DNA of 64,000 nt from Podarcis pityusensis (Eukaryota): the NCBI GenBank assembly GCA_964106645.2, contig OZ067042.1. One strand, written 5' to 3'. The notes beneath the pieces were generated by a model that saw nothing but the letters and a program-made list of their open reading frames with translations, made no database searches and had not been told where the DNA came from. Each line of letters begins with the position of its first letter. Position 1 is the stretch's first letter. The position numbers were made by a program, and so were the translations under genes. This document shows, in pieces, positions 50,782-64,000 of the stretch.

Positions 50782-52179
50782 TATATATGAAAATAGCTTT
50801 GTAGAGGCCCTCATATCCAGCATATGTGGGAAAGTTCCTATCATGGGGTCACAACAACCATGGTCTCAAAAGTTGGCTTGCTTCCGACCATGCAGTACCT
50901 GTTGTGGTACATTGTGCTATTATAAAACTCCAGAAGTAGCAGAGAGATACATGAAAGTTATTGGCTCTTCATTTCTAGCCAGGTGCAGGGCATAGGTCCA
51001 AGCAGATGATGTCACCAGGGACTGGAACTGTGTTTAGTGCCCTGGATTGCAGCTGCCTAAATCTGCCTTGTGGTCATTGGCTCAACCAAAGGATCACAAA
51101 AGCTTACAGGCCTGGTTACAGATCCACAGGCTCATCACCTGCAACCTCCAGTGAACTCAATGATTCTAAGCATTACTGAATGTGGCAACAATCCCTCTCC
51201 TTTTACATTTGCTGAGCTGGAGGCTATTACGCGGGAGAGCCTGAGAACCAGGGATTTCAACTTTTGCTTTTGCAGATAGTTGCATTAGGTAGATCCTGTC
51301 ATGTGGATCTTCCCCAAGGCAAGAAGAAAGAAAGGGAGAAAGAAAGAAAGAAAAAGAAAGAGTTGCTCCTTAAAGGAAAAAAAGAGCATGTGTTGTCACT
51401 GGAATAGAGATGTGATTTAGACCTCAGCTGCTCTGGCTTCTATTCATAGTAGAAAACTTAATTGTAGCTAGAGACTGACAGGTTAAAAATAAGAGAGAGC
51501 AGCCAAGCTGAGGTAGTGTGACTTACCAGAATAAAAAGATTAAGAGTAACAGAGTGATTTACTGGCTATATTAGATTAACTGCTGTGGTACTGGAAGAAA
51601 AAGCCCTGCTTAAAGTTTCCTGAACATTCAAGGAGAGGACAAGAGCAGAATAAAAACAACACTGCGGATTCGAATGGAGCCCAAAGTGGGACTGCTAGTG
51701 GTATATGCAGCTAGTCTCTCTCTCTATGTGCAGAACCTGTTGAGAACTAGAATTCAAACCAAGCTGATACAATTGTTTACATTGCCATTGTAACTGCTAC
51801 AGAATAAAAGTAAGAGAGGTTCTAAAGCCTGCATTAACAGGGCTACAGATAAAAAATCACATTCTGTATATTTTCTTAATTGATTGATCCAGAGTAATTT
51901 CATCCTCAATGATTCAGTAGCTCTGGGGGGACTAATTTGGGTAATCAATGTTAACAAGTTTTCAGAGTTTAGGATCCCCACACTGCTGAAATCATGAGCA
52001 CCCATTCTTGCTTGTAATACTTCTCAATAAATTTGTTAGTCACATGGGCTGCACAGCGCTGGAAAAGTTTGTGATTATACCCAAGGAGAAAATAATAAAT
52101 GTAGTAAAAGCCATGTCCTGTTTGCAATTTGCCTTTTTCTCACCCTCAACAAACATTGAGTGTTTCCCCGACTTATGGT

Positions 52180-52370
52180 TCTATCCTGTCCTTTTTCTAA
52201 GGAGCTTAGGATATTGCCAATGGGAGTTTTCCTATTCTAGCTTCACAATAGCCCTATGAGAGGACTTAGACTGAGGGGGTGGGTGGCTAGCCAAAGGTCA
52301 TTCACTGTCCTTCATGGCTGACTGGAGATTTGAACTTGGACCTCTCCAGTCACAGCCCAACTCTCTGCCT
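52180..52370 (-). mobile_element. Old MIR/Squam3-like SINE
   Basis: cacaatagccctatgag...ccaaaggtca...ttcatggctga.tggagatttgaacttgg..ctctccagtc, typical of a reverse-strand CORE-type SINE. Confidence 0.55.
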
Positions 52371-55249
52371 CAGATGGCTTTCTACCCACTTACTGTTTAA
52401 AATCTATGGTCAGAATTCAGAATTTTTTGAGTAGGCTTCTGCAAGTGCAGAAAGACCTCATCTTCTTCTCCTTCCCCCTTCAGCTCCCACATGCCCCCAA
52501 ATCTTCTCCCAGTGGTCTCCCAGCCATTTATTATGTTGAATATAACCCTATACACCAGGAGTTTGAACTTCAGGAGGCATTGCCCCAATTGCCACAAATA
52601 CACACACACAACTGTGATTTGGTCAGAAGAAAACTCCCTTCCTGAGAAAAGAGGTTCATATTTTTCACAGATGGTATCTGAATCACATTATAATTTGGAA
52701 CTAAATGTCAGAGTGATCTGAAGAATGAATAACACAAAATTGAAAAGCTTAAGGGAGGTAGCTTTTCAGAGTTTGTATTCTTTGATTTGTCACTTACTAG
52801 GGAAAAAGTTGAGCTGTTTCAGATGACATATCTGGCTGTCGCAAGTAAGCTTAAGGAACAGGGCTGTGGTCTAGCGGGGCTCCTTATTGCTGAAGTTGGT
52901 TGTTAAAAATGCCAGCTGTGAGTCAGGATTCTGTTACGCTATGGAAATGCAACAGCTGAAATTACTTTTACTGTAAAAGGGTTGGTCAAAATTGAATGAT
53001 TCATGAATGAAAGAACTGAGGGCTGAAGAAGGCTATTAGAAAAGAGGAAAGACATAGAACTGTAGAGAGAACGAGAATTTTCAGGTGGACTGACAGAAAT
53101 AATGCAATACTTTATCAGCTGTGGGGAGTATTTGGATGACCTCTGTGGATCTGACACATTAATTGAGTAAAGCAGGCACTCTTATTAAGACTAATTATAA
53201 ATGTGTTTGCTTGTTTGTGAAGGTTTTGCAGCTATTAATATTAAGTTGTGAGCGTTGCCCATCTCGGATTTAAAAAGTGGACTGCAACAGGAGCTGTCCC
53301 CACTGGAAGTGCTGAATTCATTGCTGCAAGCCACAGAGCCAATTGTGTTGAGACAAAACTTGCTCTAATGTGTGGCTTGTTGCTGTGGGGTGTTTGGGGG
53401 CATCAAACAGCCTCAAAAATATGACCTGCCATTAAAATTCTGGTTGTTACTGAGCACTAATCAAGTAACTGGAAATAAGTGTGATGATCAATTGATTGGA
53501 AGGGACAGCAGGTATGCCATGGAATATGAACAATAAATAATGATTATTGAGATTTTTCACAGTGAGCTTCCCCTGATGGACATTGGACCAAACAAAACTT
53601 CAGAACCATTTTTTTGATCAGATATCTAACTATGGAATTTAATGAGTAGATTAGTTTTTCCCTTCCCATCTTAAAATCTTTTTTACACCCATCTCTTCCG
53701 CATGTGTTCTGCTTTCAGACTTCCTCCTTCTGTATTGCCTTGGCTCCCCCTGCCTTTTTGTTTCATCTTTTCTCTGTCTTCTGGATTGTTGCTGTTTTTA
53801 ACTCTTTGCTTTTATATTATTTTTCTCCAGTTTCCTTCCAACTTCTCAAAACACTTTCAGTTCTTTTTTCTATTACTGCCCTCCAAAACAAAAACAACAA
53901 CCCTACACACACTTCATATTGTTTTTGAATGGGCAGCAGAGTCTCACAAGGGGCACAAAGTAACATCTCTCACCCACCCTACCTTCTAGTTTAGAGTTCC
54001 CATTCTATAATCTGGGGTTCAGCCTCCTTTCCAGTCCACCACTCCTTTTGCGTTATTACAGCGACCTTGTGGTACACAATGTGCTTGATGCTCAAAGGAT
54101 GGCAACCATCTCTCCCCTTAACCTCCTTTGCTTCTGGGAACAAAATGCACTGAGGCTCGTTGCTGATACTTGTGCCATAGCAGCAGCTAACTCCCTAGTG
54201 TTTTCAACTTTTCTCACAACTTTTGATTGCAAGGGTGGTGAAGGACAATGCATTGGCACGGAGGCAGCTGACATGCCAGGGCCTGAGGCAGGCTGGTTTT
54301 GAAGAATGAGGTGGTGAAGGAGTGAAAAAAGTGTTGGCATCAGCCTTGTTGACGACTGTGCCTGCTGCACTAAGAATTCACACACCTTCATGTTTTGAAA
54401 ACTGAGCCTGTAAAGTAAAATCTGGGTGTTGCTGCAGAATTCTGCAGCAGTGCTGCCTTTCCAGATTATATTTTTAGCTTTCACTTTGGGTGGGGGGAGC
54501 ATTGTAGTGGTCAGTTAATTTGATATGTTTATCACCACTTCCAACCGCCCCCCTTTTTTTTGCTTCCACTGGTCACAATACCTTCAGCATCTTTGTCCTT
54601 GCCATATTCTTTGTGACTCAACTCTCTCCCTCCTGAGTTTGGGGTGGGAAAGAGGACACACACACACATTGTATGTAAAATTTACCTGATTGCAATTGCA
54701 GAACCTATTTGTTCTATTTGCTAAAACACCTCTCTATATGCTGCAAAGAATCCCAGCCATGCTGACTTTGGTACTTTAAGGTTTTGATGGCTTCTCAGTT
54801 GTCCCTTTTCACTAACCCCCAATTTCGTTTTGACTGTGGCTGATTAGCCATGGAATGCCCATGGTGTTCCTGTTTCAGACAGACCATCACCCTGATTAGC
54901 CTTGAAGAGCCTCCAGCAGCAAAGAGCCTCTCCCTAAGAGTTAAGTGAGCTTTGTGTGAAAGCAGCAAGGAGTCTCTTGATTTAGATTACACTTTACGTG
55001 GAGCTTTCATCGCTCAGGCTGTCCAGGGTAAGCTGTTGCGTATCTCTCCCCCACCCACGCCTTTAAAGTCAACGTGTGGTCTTTCACCTCCTTGAAGAAG
55101 CTCCTGTTAAAAAAAAAAAAAGCTGTGCCACTTTCTTTTCAAAAAGGTATGCAAATATCAACCTGATTTAAAAAATATTTAGACACTGAGAAAGAATTAA
55201 GTATTTCCTGTCTATGCAGCTAATACTTGGTGTGTGTAAAGACTGCAAC

Positions 55250-55480
55250 ATAGAATTCGGATTTCATAGAGTCATAGAGCAGTAGAGCTGCAATGCAGGA
55301 ATCACAATAAAAGCATCTGTGACAGCTGGCCACCCAACTTCAGCTTAAAATCCTCCATTGAAGGAGAGTCCACAACCTGCCAAGGGAGTCTGTTCCACTG
55401 TTGAATAGCTCTTGCCTTTCGGGTTCTCCCCTCTGGAGCAGGAGGAAACAAGCTGGCTCCATCTTTTATGAAGACTGCTG
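55250..55480 (-). mobile_element. CR1 3' fragment
   Basis: The reverse strand encodes ..QWNRLPWQVVDSPSMEDFKLKL.. (CR1 ORF2 C-terminus) and the CR1 tail. Confidence 0.8.
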
Positions 55481-56705
55481 AAGCTGGAGGGTGGGGCAAG
55501 GCAGGTGGAAAGAGCCATCATTGCCTGATGGCCAACAGGAGGTCTCTCTCCCCTAATCAACCAAAAACCAACCAAAATTAGTATTTGTTAAATGGGCAAA
55601 TGTGGGGCATTTGGAGGAACATGGAAAACTTTTGGAACCACAGTACCACAGCTGGAGATGTATGGGAATGTAGTTAGTAAGAAAAAAAAGTAAAGTAAAA
55701 GAAATGGATTTTTATTTTATTTTATTTGCCTTGGAGTTGAGGTGGAAAACCCTTTTGGCACCACAGTATCACAGCTGGGGACCCATAGGCTCAGCCATTT
55801 TCATCATCATCATCATTAATTAATAATAATAATAAATTAAAATGACACATTGTGGAAGGGTCTTGCAGGGTCACAGAAGCCTCTTGGGGGACAGATATCA
55901 CTCTTGGGTTGTTTAACCACCCTGTGCTATTCCAAAACCATTATGAAGTTAGTTTCCCTTTGTGAGTCTGAGCAAAGAATATATAGCTAAAAGGGAACAT
56001 GGCAGCCACTATTCCATCATGTATATATTGAATTGGACTAAGGACTTTCAGACCTAAAAAGATGGGTTCCCACAGAGGCTTACAAAATCTGTTTTCATAA
56101 GCCCAACACAAAAGCTGATGTTCCTTGATTGCCTGAAAACCTATATAGATTGTGGGGGGGGGGGGGGGTGTTTGACCAGAAGTCTCTCAAATCTATTGTG
56201 ACAGGGAAAGCCTTATCACTTTGAAGTCAATGGGAGCGTTAGCAGTGACTTCAACTGAATGAGTCTTTATTCATGGAAAGTACTACAAGAGCAAAACCAG
56301 AACATTTTCCCCCTAAATTAGTGCACTTGTAAGGCAGTATGCATTGTTGCTCATTTCCCCCCCCCCCCCATCACATGCCATTTCATAGGATTTTCTTTTT
56401 TGCTCTGAATTTTTGCTTATAACCTAAAAATGTTCCATAAAGTGAAAAGAAGAGTGGACTTTTTGTGTGTTAGGAAGGTGGCTTCTTTTTGTAATAAAGG
56501 AGTGTTTCTCAAACAGTGGGCAAGGAACCATCCAGGGCTTCCTTGTTTCCCCCACTTGCTAGCACCAGCAACTCCCAACATGCTAAATAAAATGATCTGG
56601 AAGACAACAAAAATTTGGGTTGGGGGGGGGGAGAGAAAATGAGATCCCCCTTTTCTAAAGGGAAAGGACCAGAAAAACTTTTGAATGACAGGTAAAATAT
56701 TACAG

Positions 56706-56755
56706 TACTACTACTACTACTACTAATAATAATAATATTAATAATAATAATATAA
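56706..56755. repeat. Compound (TAC)n(TAA)n microsatellite
   Basis: Read directly from the sequence. Confidence 0.85.
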
Positions 56756-56871
56756 CAACAACTGGGGCTAGAATAGTGAGAAATGGGAGAAAAAAGCTGT
56801 TACAGGAGGAAGAAGTGAATGTAAAAGGAGCAGGGAGGAGAGAAGCAGGCAGTTTGGAGGGGAACAGAATA

Positions 56872-57113
56872 CAGTGGTACCTCGGGTTAAGTACTTAATT
56901 CGTTCCAGAGGTCCGTTCTTAACCTGAAACTCTTCTTAACCTGAAGCCCCAGTTTATCTAATGGGGCCTCCTGCTGCCGCCGCGCCACCAGAGCATGATT
57001 TCTGTTCTCATCCTGAAGCAAAGTTCTAAACCCGAGGTACTATTTCTGGGTTAGCGGAGTCTGTAACCTGAAGCGTATGTAACCTGAAGTGTCTGTAACC
57101 CGAGGTACCACTG
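56872..57113 (-). mobile_element. Tigger-like Tc1/Mariner MITE (inverted relative to 21777 and 26748)
   Basis: TA TSD; TIR CAGTGGTACCTCGGGTTA. Confidence 0.93.
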
Positions 57114-59937
57114 TACAAGTGTGAAAGGAGGAGAGAGGAAATGGCAGGAGATGAGCAAAAATATTTTGAGCAGCATGCGCAGGGGAGGGAGAATGAAAAA
57201 TTTAAAAAGCCTGCTTTAGAGCCTCTGGTGCAGCAAATCCTGGTGAGAATGGGGAGGCTGAGTCACAATGTCTCCAGAGACTATGTCAGTCTTTAAGCTT
57301 TGAGGAAAATGGACTATGGAACTCTATTTCCTTGCCACATGGAAATTGCTGTGGCAAAGAATTCCCAAAGAGGGGTTAAATTACAATATAAAATTGTGCA
57401 AGTAATTGCCATCTGGTTATGGTAAACTCTGGCTCTGTATGCTGCCATTTTGTTATTAGCTTCATCTCCTGTGTGGCCATTTTGTGATTTTACCCCGTGG
57501 TAAAAAGAGATAGGAGAGAGAAATAATCACTCTATTCAGAGTATAGACAATACGGCAGATGCACAACTCAGTGAAGCCAGAGTGGCAGTGTGCATATGCA
57601 ATCCAAAAGGTGGTGCTGGGAACTTTGTGGGAGTCTACACACTCCCCAAGAAAAGTAACACCACCTGTGTAGTTGTAGGATCATTGTGCCAAACATGAAG
57701 TTGCCTTACACTGAGTCCACCTGGTCCATTGTTTCATCTGGCCCAAAGCTACTATCTATTTCACCTGGCAGCATAACTGAGAGGCGTTTTGCAACACAGA
57801 AATGTCTGATATCCATTTGAAGTGGAGGTGCCAGGCTTCTTAAATGCAGAGTTCTGCCACACAAATAACACCTTAAAGTTACTGAGCGACTATTCCAAGT
57901 CTGTAATAGCTTTTGGCATCATGGCTGCAGAATAGTAGTCATACTTCTGTAATATCATATTTATCCTCTATATGAAGTGCCAGTGAACTATATTTATTAA
58001 GGGACCGTTTTTAATCACTATGGGCGGTGGGGGTAGGAGGTGAGATTCTTCACTGGGAACAAATCTCATTTCCAAGAGTCCTTACAAAATGAGCCATAAA
58101 ATTACAATATTTCAAAGTACTTCGTAATTCCAGTACAGGCGGCTCTTCATCATGGAATATGAAGGCTCGGAAAATACAAAACTCATTAGATTAAAATAAA
58201 CCACCTACTGCGAGGAAGAAAAGCTTATTTATCAATATCAATTTTGTTTCTGATTACCCTGCATGGCAATTTGTTACTACCAAGAATTATGATTTGGGTA
58301 TCATTCAGACCCAAATGAAAGTGTCTTTCCTGACTCTTACTTTCAATTTCTTTTGAAATTTACTTAGTTTTAAGGCAGGTAGAAAATGATGGTTAGTAAC
58401 TAGGTAACATCTCAACAAAAGACACAAAATCTTAGCAACACAACCAATCACACCCCAAATTTCTTGTTTTGAGATACTTTTTCAAAATCTTGACACTGCA
58501 AAAATATTTTGTTTCTATCCATGTATAATAAATATAAAACAAGTGTCTATTTTTCTCCAATTTCAGCTCTTAAAAAAAAGTGTTAAAGACATAAATAAAT
58601 GCTTATAATAACACAATCCTATCTATGCTTACTCAAAAGAAAGTCTGAGTTAAATGAAGCTTCTTTCCAAGTAAACATGCATAGAATTGTAGCCTAAATC
58701 TCAATTCATAACATTTTAGGGTAAAATACTGCATCTAGCACAAATGTGCAAAATGTGCACCATGTGAACCATAAAACAGGATTTACAATAAAAGAAAAGT
58801 AAAATAATTACAACATTCCAAAATTCCCTATAATTTTCCTACTCCACATTCAGTTATGGGTCAAGTTACCAAACAATCTGTATTGCCTTCAATTACAGGT
58901 AGCTGTGTTGGTCCAAGTAACCATAGAGTAATACCTTTATTAGCATTAGCTAAAATGTTACAAAGCATGGAGTAAACTTAAATCAGCCATTCCTTGGCTT
59001 TTGGAATTACTGCTGATTTCCATTGTGGCTAATATAACCTTAGGTGGTTATAAAAGATTTAAGACTAGTAATCTACGATCACCTTGATCGTTCTCATGCA
59101 AGGAACATAATAATACAGTCAGTGGGTCAGTCCTCAGACTGACACAGACTCAGGTAGATAAGCTGACCCAACACTGTATTAAAAAAAAACCCCAGGGGTG
59201 TTCTGTATGGCCATGTTTCTATTACGTGAAGAGACAGAATTTTCCTGAGAGGGAGAGCTGACATCTGGTAGCAGAGACCTGAAAGCAGAGAACAGAGGCT
59301 TAGATGTAATTGGACACATTGGTAAACTGATCTCTGCAGAAGAAAGTTTGTCACACTGATACTTGATCCTGGCCTTGCTACACTATTCAACCGAGAAGTA
59401 AAACAATCTCTAACAGAATGCTCTCTGGCAATTAGTAGGCATGGGTTCAGACTAGTGGTTCATCAGATGTGAACTTGCACCACCATGTTTCCCCCCCCCC
59501 CCCATAATAACATGGGCAGGAAATTAAGTTCTCCCTTAATTTTATATCCTGTATATGGTAAACTCAATGCTCAACAGTGGAGAAGTCGGGGGAAGTCCAT
59601 ACATAGGAAGGACCTTGTACGGCTGTCCACATATCATTTCCATGCAGTCTTTAATAAATAGGTTAATCTACCATAGCTTTACTTTATTACTCAGCCTGAG
59701 CCCATTTTTACTGGCAAGGGTCTATTTTAGCTGGAGGGGCAGCAAATTTAAAGGCACACTCATTTGTTAAGGCTCCTTTGATTCTAGTGTGTCCCTGTAA
59801 TAAGGGATGGGGGCGGGGATACAAAAGCTGGCCCTGAGTAGGTGACTGGTTGAATTACTTAAATTTCACATACCGGGTTTATTTGGCTTCTACTGGACTT
59901 CTTAGTAGTAACAGCACACCTTGTACAGGGATCAAAA

Positions 59938-59940
<3 letters not shown>

Positions 59941-59972
<32 letters not shown>
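59941..59972. repeat. (AT)16 microsatellite
   Basis: Read directly from the sequence. Confidence 0.95.
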
Positions 59973-59975
<3 letters not shown>

Positions 59976-61220
59976 CTGAATTATCCAGCATGAACTAAAA
60001 GTCTTGTACCCATCTCAAAAATGGGTGGTTCAGTAATAATAGCATTTAAAATAAGAGAGGCAGCTTAATTACTACAAGCCTTTTAAACTTCTCTGGTCAG
60101 ACCCTCTGTAAACACTGTCCTGGATGGCTGTCATTGTAAAACCTGAAGCTAGAATCATCCCATAATAGCTTCCTCACCATATGTTGCACTTTCTCCCTCA
60201 TATTGTAAAAAAATAATTTGACAATGTTCCACAGGAAGATTATTTCCTTTTGGTGTCAGAAAGAGGACAGATTAGCCTGAATTAATACTTCATCATGGCA
60301 AGCGGGCCTTTGAATTGGTAATTGGCATTGTCTGGTAGAGGACACAGTAGTAACATGAGCAGTATACAATTTTTATGTCAAAATATTGCAGTTGTAAATG
60401 ATAAATAAAAATATATATGGATTGGAAACCTATCTTATGGGTGGCAAGCGTGTCTTTACATCCAAGACTGATCAGGGACTATGTAACCTTGGAATTCAAT
60501 ATATTATTCCGGAATTTAGTAAATATTTCAGATTCAGACTAAAGATACCACTTGCGGAGTGGGGTCTATGAAGCTGCTTGAGTTCACATAAATGGCTTGC
60601 ATTTGCTTAAGCTGAATTTCTGATTTTTCTTGTTTCTTTGGAGAGCTGACCTGCCCACCCTGTGCACCATATCATAACCTACTTTTGACAACACCCTCCA
60701 TTTCAAAAGCATTTAGGCATGTGCCGTTGCTGTGGTGTGCTTTCTTGGGGGGGGGGGGCAAAGTCTTAAAGCTATTGTGGCATCATGTACCTAACGTCAG
60801 GTTTCTTAGGACTTGTTGCCATAGTTTTGGGAAATCACAGTAATAACAAATGTCATCCAACAATCCCCATTCCTAACACCATGCCATTAAAAAGAAAAAA
60901 AGGAAAGAAGCATCACCTGGGTGGAAACCTGAAACATTGATGAGTGCAGAAATCACAAGCAACTCTAAAGAACTGCTTGCATAATGTAAGTAATTTGTTT
61001 AGAATAGACAACACAAGGCTAAAAGGGATGCTGTTGGTTCTGTCTTTGTAAATAATGTAAATTGCTTTTCTGCTTTTACTGCTTTTAAAAGATGCACCAA
61101 GGGGCGAGGGTGGAGAGTGGAATTTTCTTTCTCTCCAAATCCTGCAAGCTGTAACTGAGGACTGGGCTTTCAGCATCTTCCTGGGCTGGAGACACAGTTG
61201 GCTTTTTTTTTTTGGAGCAT

Positions 61221-61281
61221 CAAATGCACCTCCTTGGTGAAAAAAAACAAAAAAAAAAAACAAATGCACCTCCTTGGTGAA
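61221..61281. repeat. 21-bp direct repeat flanking an A-tract
   Basis: CAAATGCACCTCCTTGGTGAA at 61221 and 61261, with a 19-nt A-rich spacer. Confidence 0.9.
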
Positions 61282-62062
61282 GAGTTCTATCATCCAAATG
61301 GTTTCTTGCTTCCAAAGTTGAGTCTGCCTTTCGTACTCTGACCATGTCAGGACTCTCAACAGCAGCCTGTGGTCAGAAACACAATGGCATTGGTCTGAGG
61401 AGAGTCTAGGTGTAGCTGGGGTCAAAGCACAATAAAGCCTAAGCAAGCACGGTCCAAGAATCAGGGCAGGATGATGAGTCAGTGAAAATGCACAGCATAA
61501 TATGTAAGATTGTTCATAGGAGCTTGGAAGTAGAAAGTCTTGTGTTGTTCCAGCATCCACGAGACCTAAACTGAGGGCTTACGTCGCCTGGTGCCCCAGA
61601 CTCTGTCAAGGACCAGTGTTCTGACAACTAATTATCCCTGCTCCCCAGAAGCCCATATACTCATGAGCAGCTCTATTCCACTAGAATTTGGGGTGAATAA
61701 TCATTTGTTGGGTAACCGCTTGAGCTTGGAATTTCTGGTCCGTAAGATAAAAATGATCACAGGAGTTCAGCACAGAATTCCATGCTATCTGAAAGCATCG
61801 TGGAAGTGACAGAGACATCTATTTACTAATGCCCTATTTTTATGATTGTGTGGGTGGGTGCGCTAAATAACAGCCAGAGACAACATGATGGTCTTGGTCT
61901 GTACACCATGTTAACAAAATTCATTCCCTAAAACAAAATGGGGATGGCTGATGCCAATATTGTTGTATCAATTGGATATGGAGAACTGGGGAGGGGGAGA
62001 ATAGATCAATGAATGTGGGGTGGTGGTGGGAATTATGTGAAGTTTGTGAAGTATGAGTAGTT

Positions 62063-62106
62063 GTTTGTCATGCCTTCCCATCCAGTTTGTCATGCTTTCC
62101 CATCCA
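62063..62106. repeat. 22-bp tandem duplication
   Basis: gtttgtcatgc(c/t)ttcccatcca x2. Confidence 0.85.
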
Positions 62107-63738
62107 TTCAGTAATATGGACGTATAAATGGAGAGTGCAGATTCATGACAAAACTACGTTGAGGCCACACCAGGAAGAGGGACTCAGACCATTCAGTAAA
62201 ACCATATGGTTTCAATAAAACTATATTATGTAAGTGAATAAGTTTATGTGTATAATAGGCACAACGTCTACCAAATGGATCTTGCATTATAATTTTAGTC
62301 TATTTTTTTAAAAAAAACGAAACAAACCAAAAACCTGGTAATTCCTTGTGATTTGGAGTCTTGCTTTTCTTTCTTTATTGGAAGTGAGATGCTTTTGACT
62401 GATTTTTATTGTTGGGGAAACATTATAGACCCACGGCAACTTGATGCTTCTAAACATTGCGCTGCCATAATTCATTCTGTCTCCTGTACCACCAGCAGTG
62501 TAAGGAAATGTGTGCTCAAATAATCTATGCCTGTGATTTTCCTGGAGCCATAGTGGGACGCTTGTGTTGGTTTGCATGCTAATGTTCTTCCTGGCACATC
62601 ACAGCTGTGCTCAGGTTGTGAAGCAGCTAGCACTAATGATGTACCCTCTACTGAGTGCAGTGCACTAGGATTTCTTTTGCACAAACCCCATTGAAACGAA
62701 TGGGTTTTTCTTCCTGTTTATTCAATGCTCATTGAATTTAGTAAGGCTTGTGCTTTTGCTATCTGGCCTCGCACACACCTTGAATTGGATGAATAGACAA
62801 GGGCAGGGAAGATCCCTGGAAGACATCCACCAATTTATCCACTTCTATTGAGAACAAGCAAAGCTACTTGAGTAATCCTGCAAGGTTGCATTGCATACAC
62901 CTCATAATCTGTGTATTCAAGACCTCGGAACAATTTAACAGGATTAATAAAGTGTGATTGCTCCTATCAATCTCTAGGTGGAGATCACTGACACAGTCTG
63001 GAAGCACAATTTCAGTGCTGTCTGTGCCTAGGCTGGAAGCCAGGCTAGCTGTACTCTTCTGCAAATGCAATTTTAATTATAATATTCATTATTCACAGCT
63101 GCATCAGTTCAGACTTTTCAATATTTGCTACCAAAGCAGCCAACGTTCTATGCCTTGCACATTTTGCTATCATCCACAGTCCATCATGAAACTCCAGTGT
63201 ATAACAGAGTGGCCCTCAATCAAACAATTTCTACCCTGTGTTCTAATGGATTCTTGAGAACTGCCCTGTGGGTTGGTGCACATCCCCTAAATTTGGTTGT
63301 TGGGTGAGAAGCTTTTATTCCCCTTTCAGCAGCAAACATATCTCTTGCTGACACAGCAGTATGTGTGTGTGTGTGTGTGTGTTTTAAGAGTAATGGATGC
63401 AATGCCTCTTATGCAGCAACATGAGGCAGGCAAGGAAGCAGGATGCACACACATGTAAACATACCTACTGGGATCAGTGCCTGGCTTTGCACTTCAATAG
63501 TTCATTCTAAATCTTACTGAAAAGTTGTGGGGGGGGGAGGGGTCCTGTTTTGCCTTTCTCTTGCCCCACATAACTAATGTGCATTTTGTGCTCTACTTTT
63601 GAGTCCATTTTTTCTTCTGCCTCAATACATTCCGAGGTGTGATCCTAAGTTTCACTTGATGGCATGAGTGCACTTTGATTTAATTAAATAAAGCAGGACT
63701 GAAACGATAATGATCTCTGTTCTCCTATTTTAGGAACC

Positions 63739-63805
63739 ATGGAGTGTCACTTTTCTGCCAAGATCATTTTCCTTGCCCTTCTGTTCTCGGAGTGGGTCTG
63801 CTTGG
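63739..63805 (+). CDS. CDH23: CDH23 (cadherin-23) first coding exon, encoding the signal peptide
   Basis: Acceptor tttctcctattttAG (AG at 63732-63733), 5 nt of UTR, ACCATGG Kozak, 67 coding nt, then a GTAAGT donor at 63806 (phase 1). It translates as MECHFSAKIIFLALLFSEWVCL(G), a hydrophobic signal peptide of the same length and phase as human CDH23 MGRHVATSCHVAWLLVLISGCW(G). Synteny with SLC29A3 agrees. Confidence 0.88.
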
Positions 63806-64000
63806 GTAAGTCTTTCGGTCATTGCTCAACTATTATTTCTTCTCCCCTTTCTTTTTTGCTTACTTGAGTACCAGTGGGTTCCCAGAGAAGGGTTGATGTA
63901 ATCCCTGGCTAACTTCATCACTAGCCCGAATCTGAGGCCTTTTTTTTCTGCCTGTGATACCCTGGACAAGTTTTTCCACTGGTGGTTATTATATCTTAAA

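Noticed and set aside
60913-61560. 215-aa minus-strand ORF
   Set aside because: It runs through homopolymers and a local duplication, and resembles no protein I recognise.
1-64000. CRISPR array, operon, endogenous virus or other novel multi-gene system
   Set aside because: No repeat-spacer array, no long intact viral or transposase ORF, and no LTR pair were seen. The window is explained by two known genes plus squamate repeats.

Overview
This is vertebrate genomic DNA, almost certainly from a lacertid lizard (Podarcis/Lacerta/Zootoca type), judged from its Sauria SINEs, a Squam3-like SINE, and Tigger-like and hAT MITEs. It holds two + strand genes in the conserved amniote order. The first is the 3' part of SLC29A3/ENT3: the last three coding exons at 4235-4461, 6021-6183 and 7868-8543, then the 3'UTR. 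After a ~31 kb repeat-rich intergenic region with a 200-N scaffold gap comes the 5' end of CDH23: a CpG-island promoter, a non-coding exon 1 ending at 40984, a 22.7 kb intron 1, and the 67-nt signal-peptide coding exon at 63739-63805. Almost all other ORFs in the track are spurious or are retroelement relics. I found no convincing novel multi-gene system. The most notable observations are: (1) a strong-Kozak uORF in the CDH23 leader, in frame with the main ORF and separated from it by one UGA-C stop; (2) a hAT MITE carrying a ~104-bp foreign, stop-free insert; (3) a poly(A)-only insertion between 21-bp direct repeats; (4) a Tigger-like MITE in the SLC29A3 3'UTR; (5) several candidate conserved enhancers. 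Human comparisons are from memory and should be confirmed by alignment.
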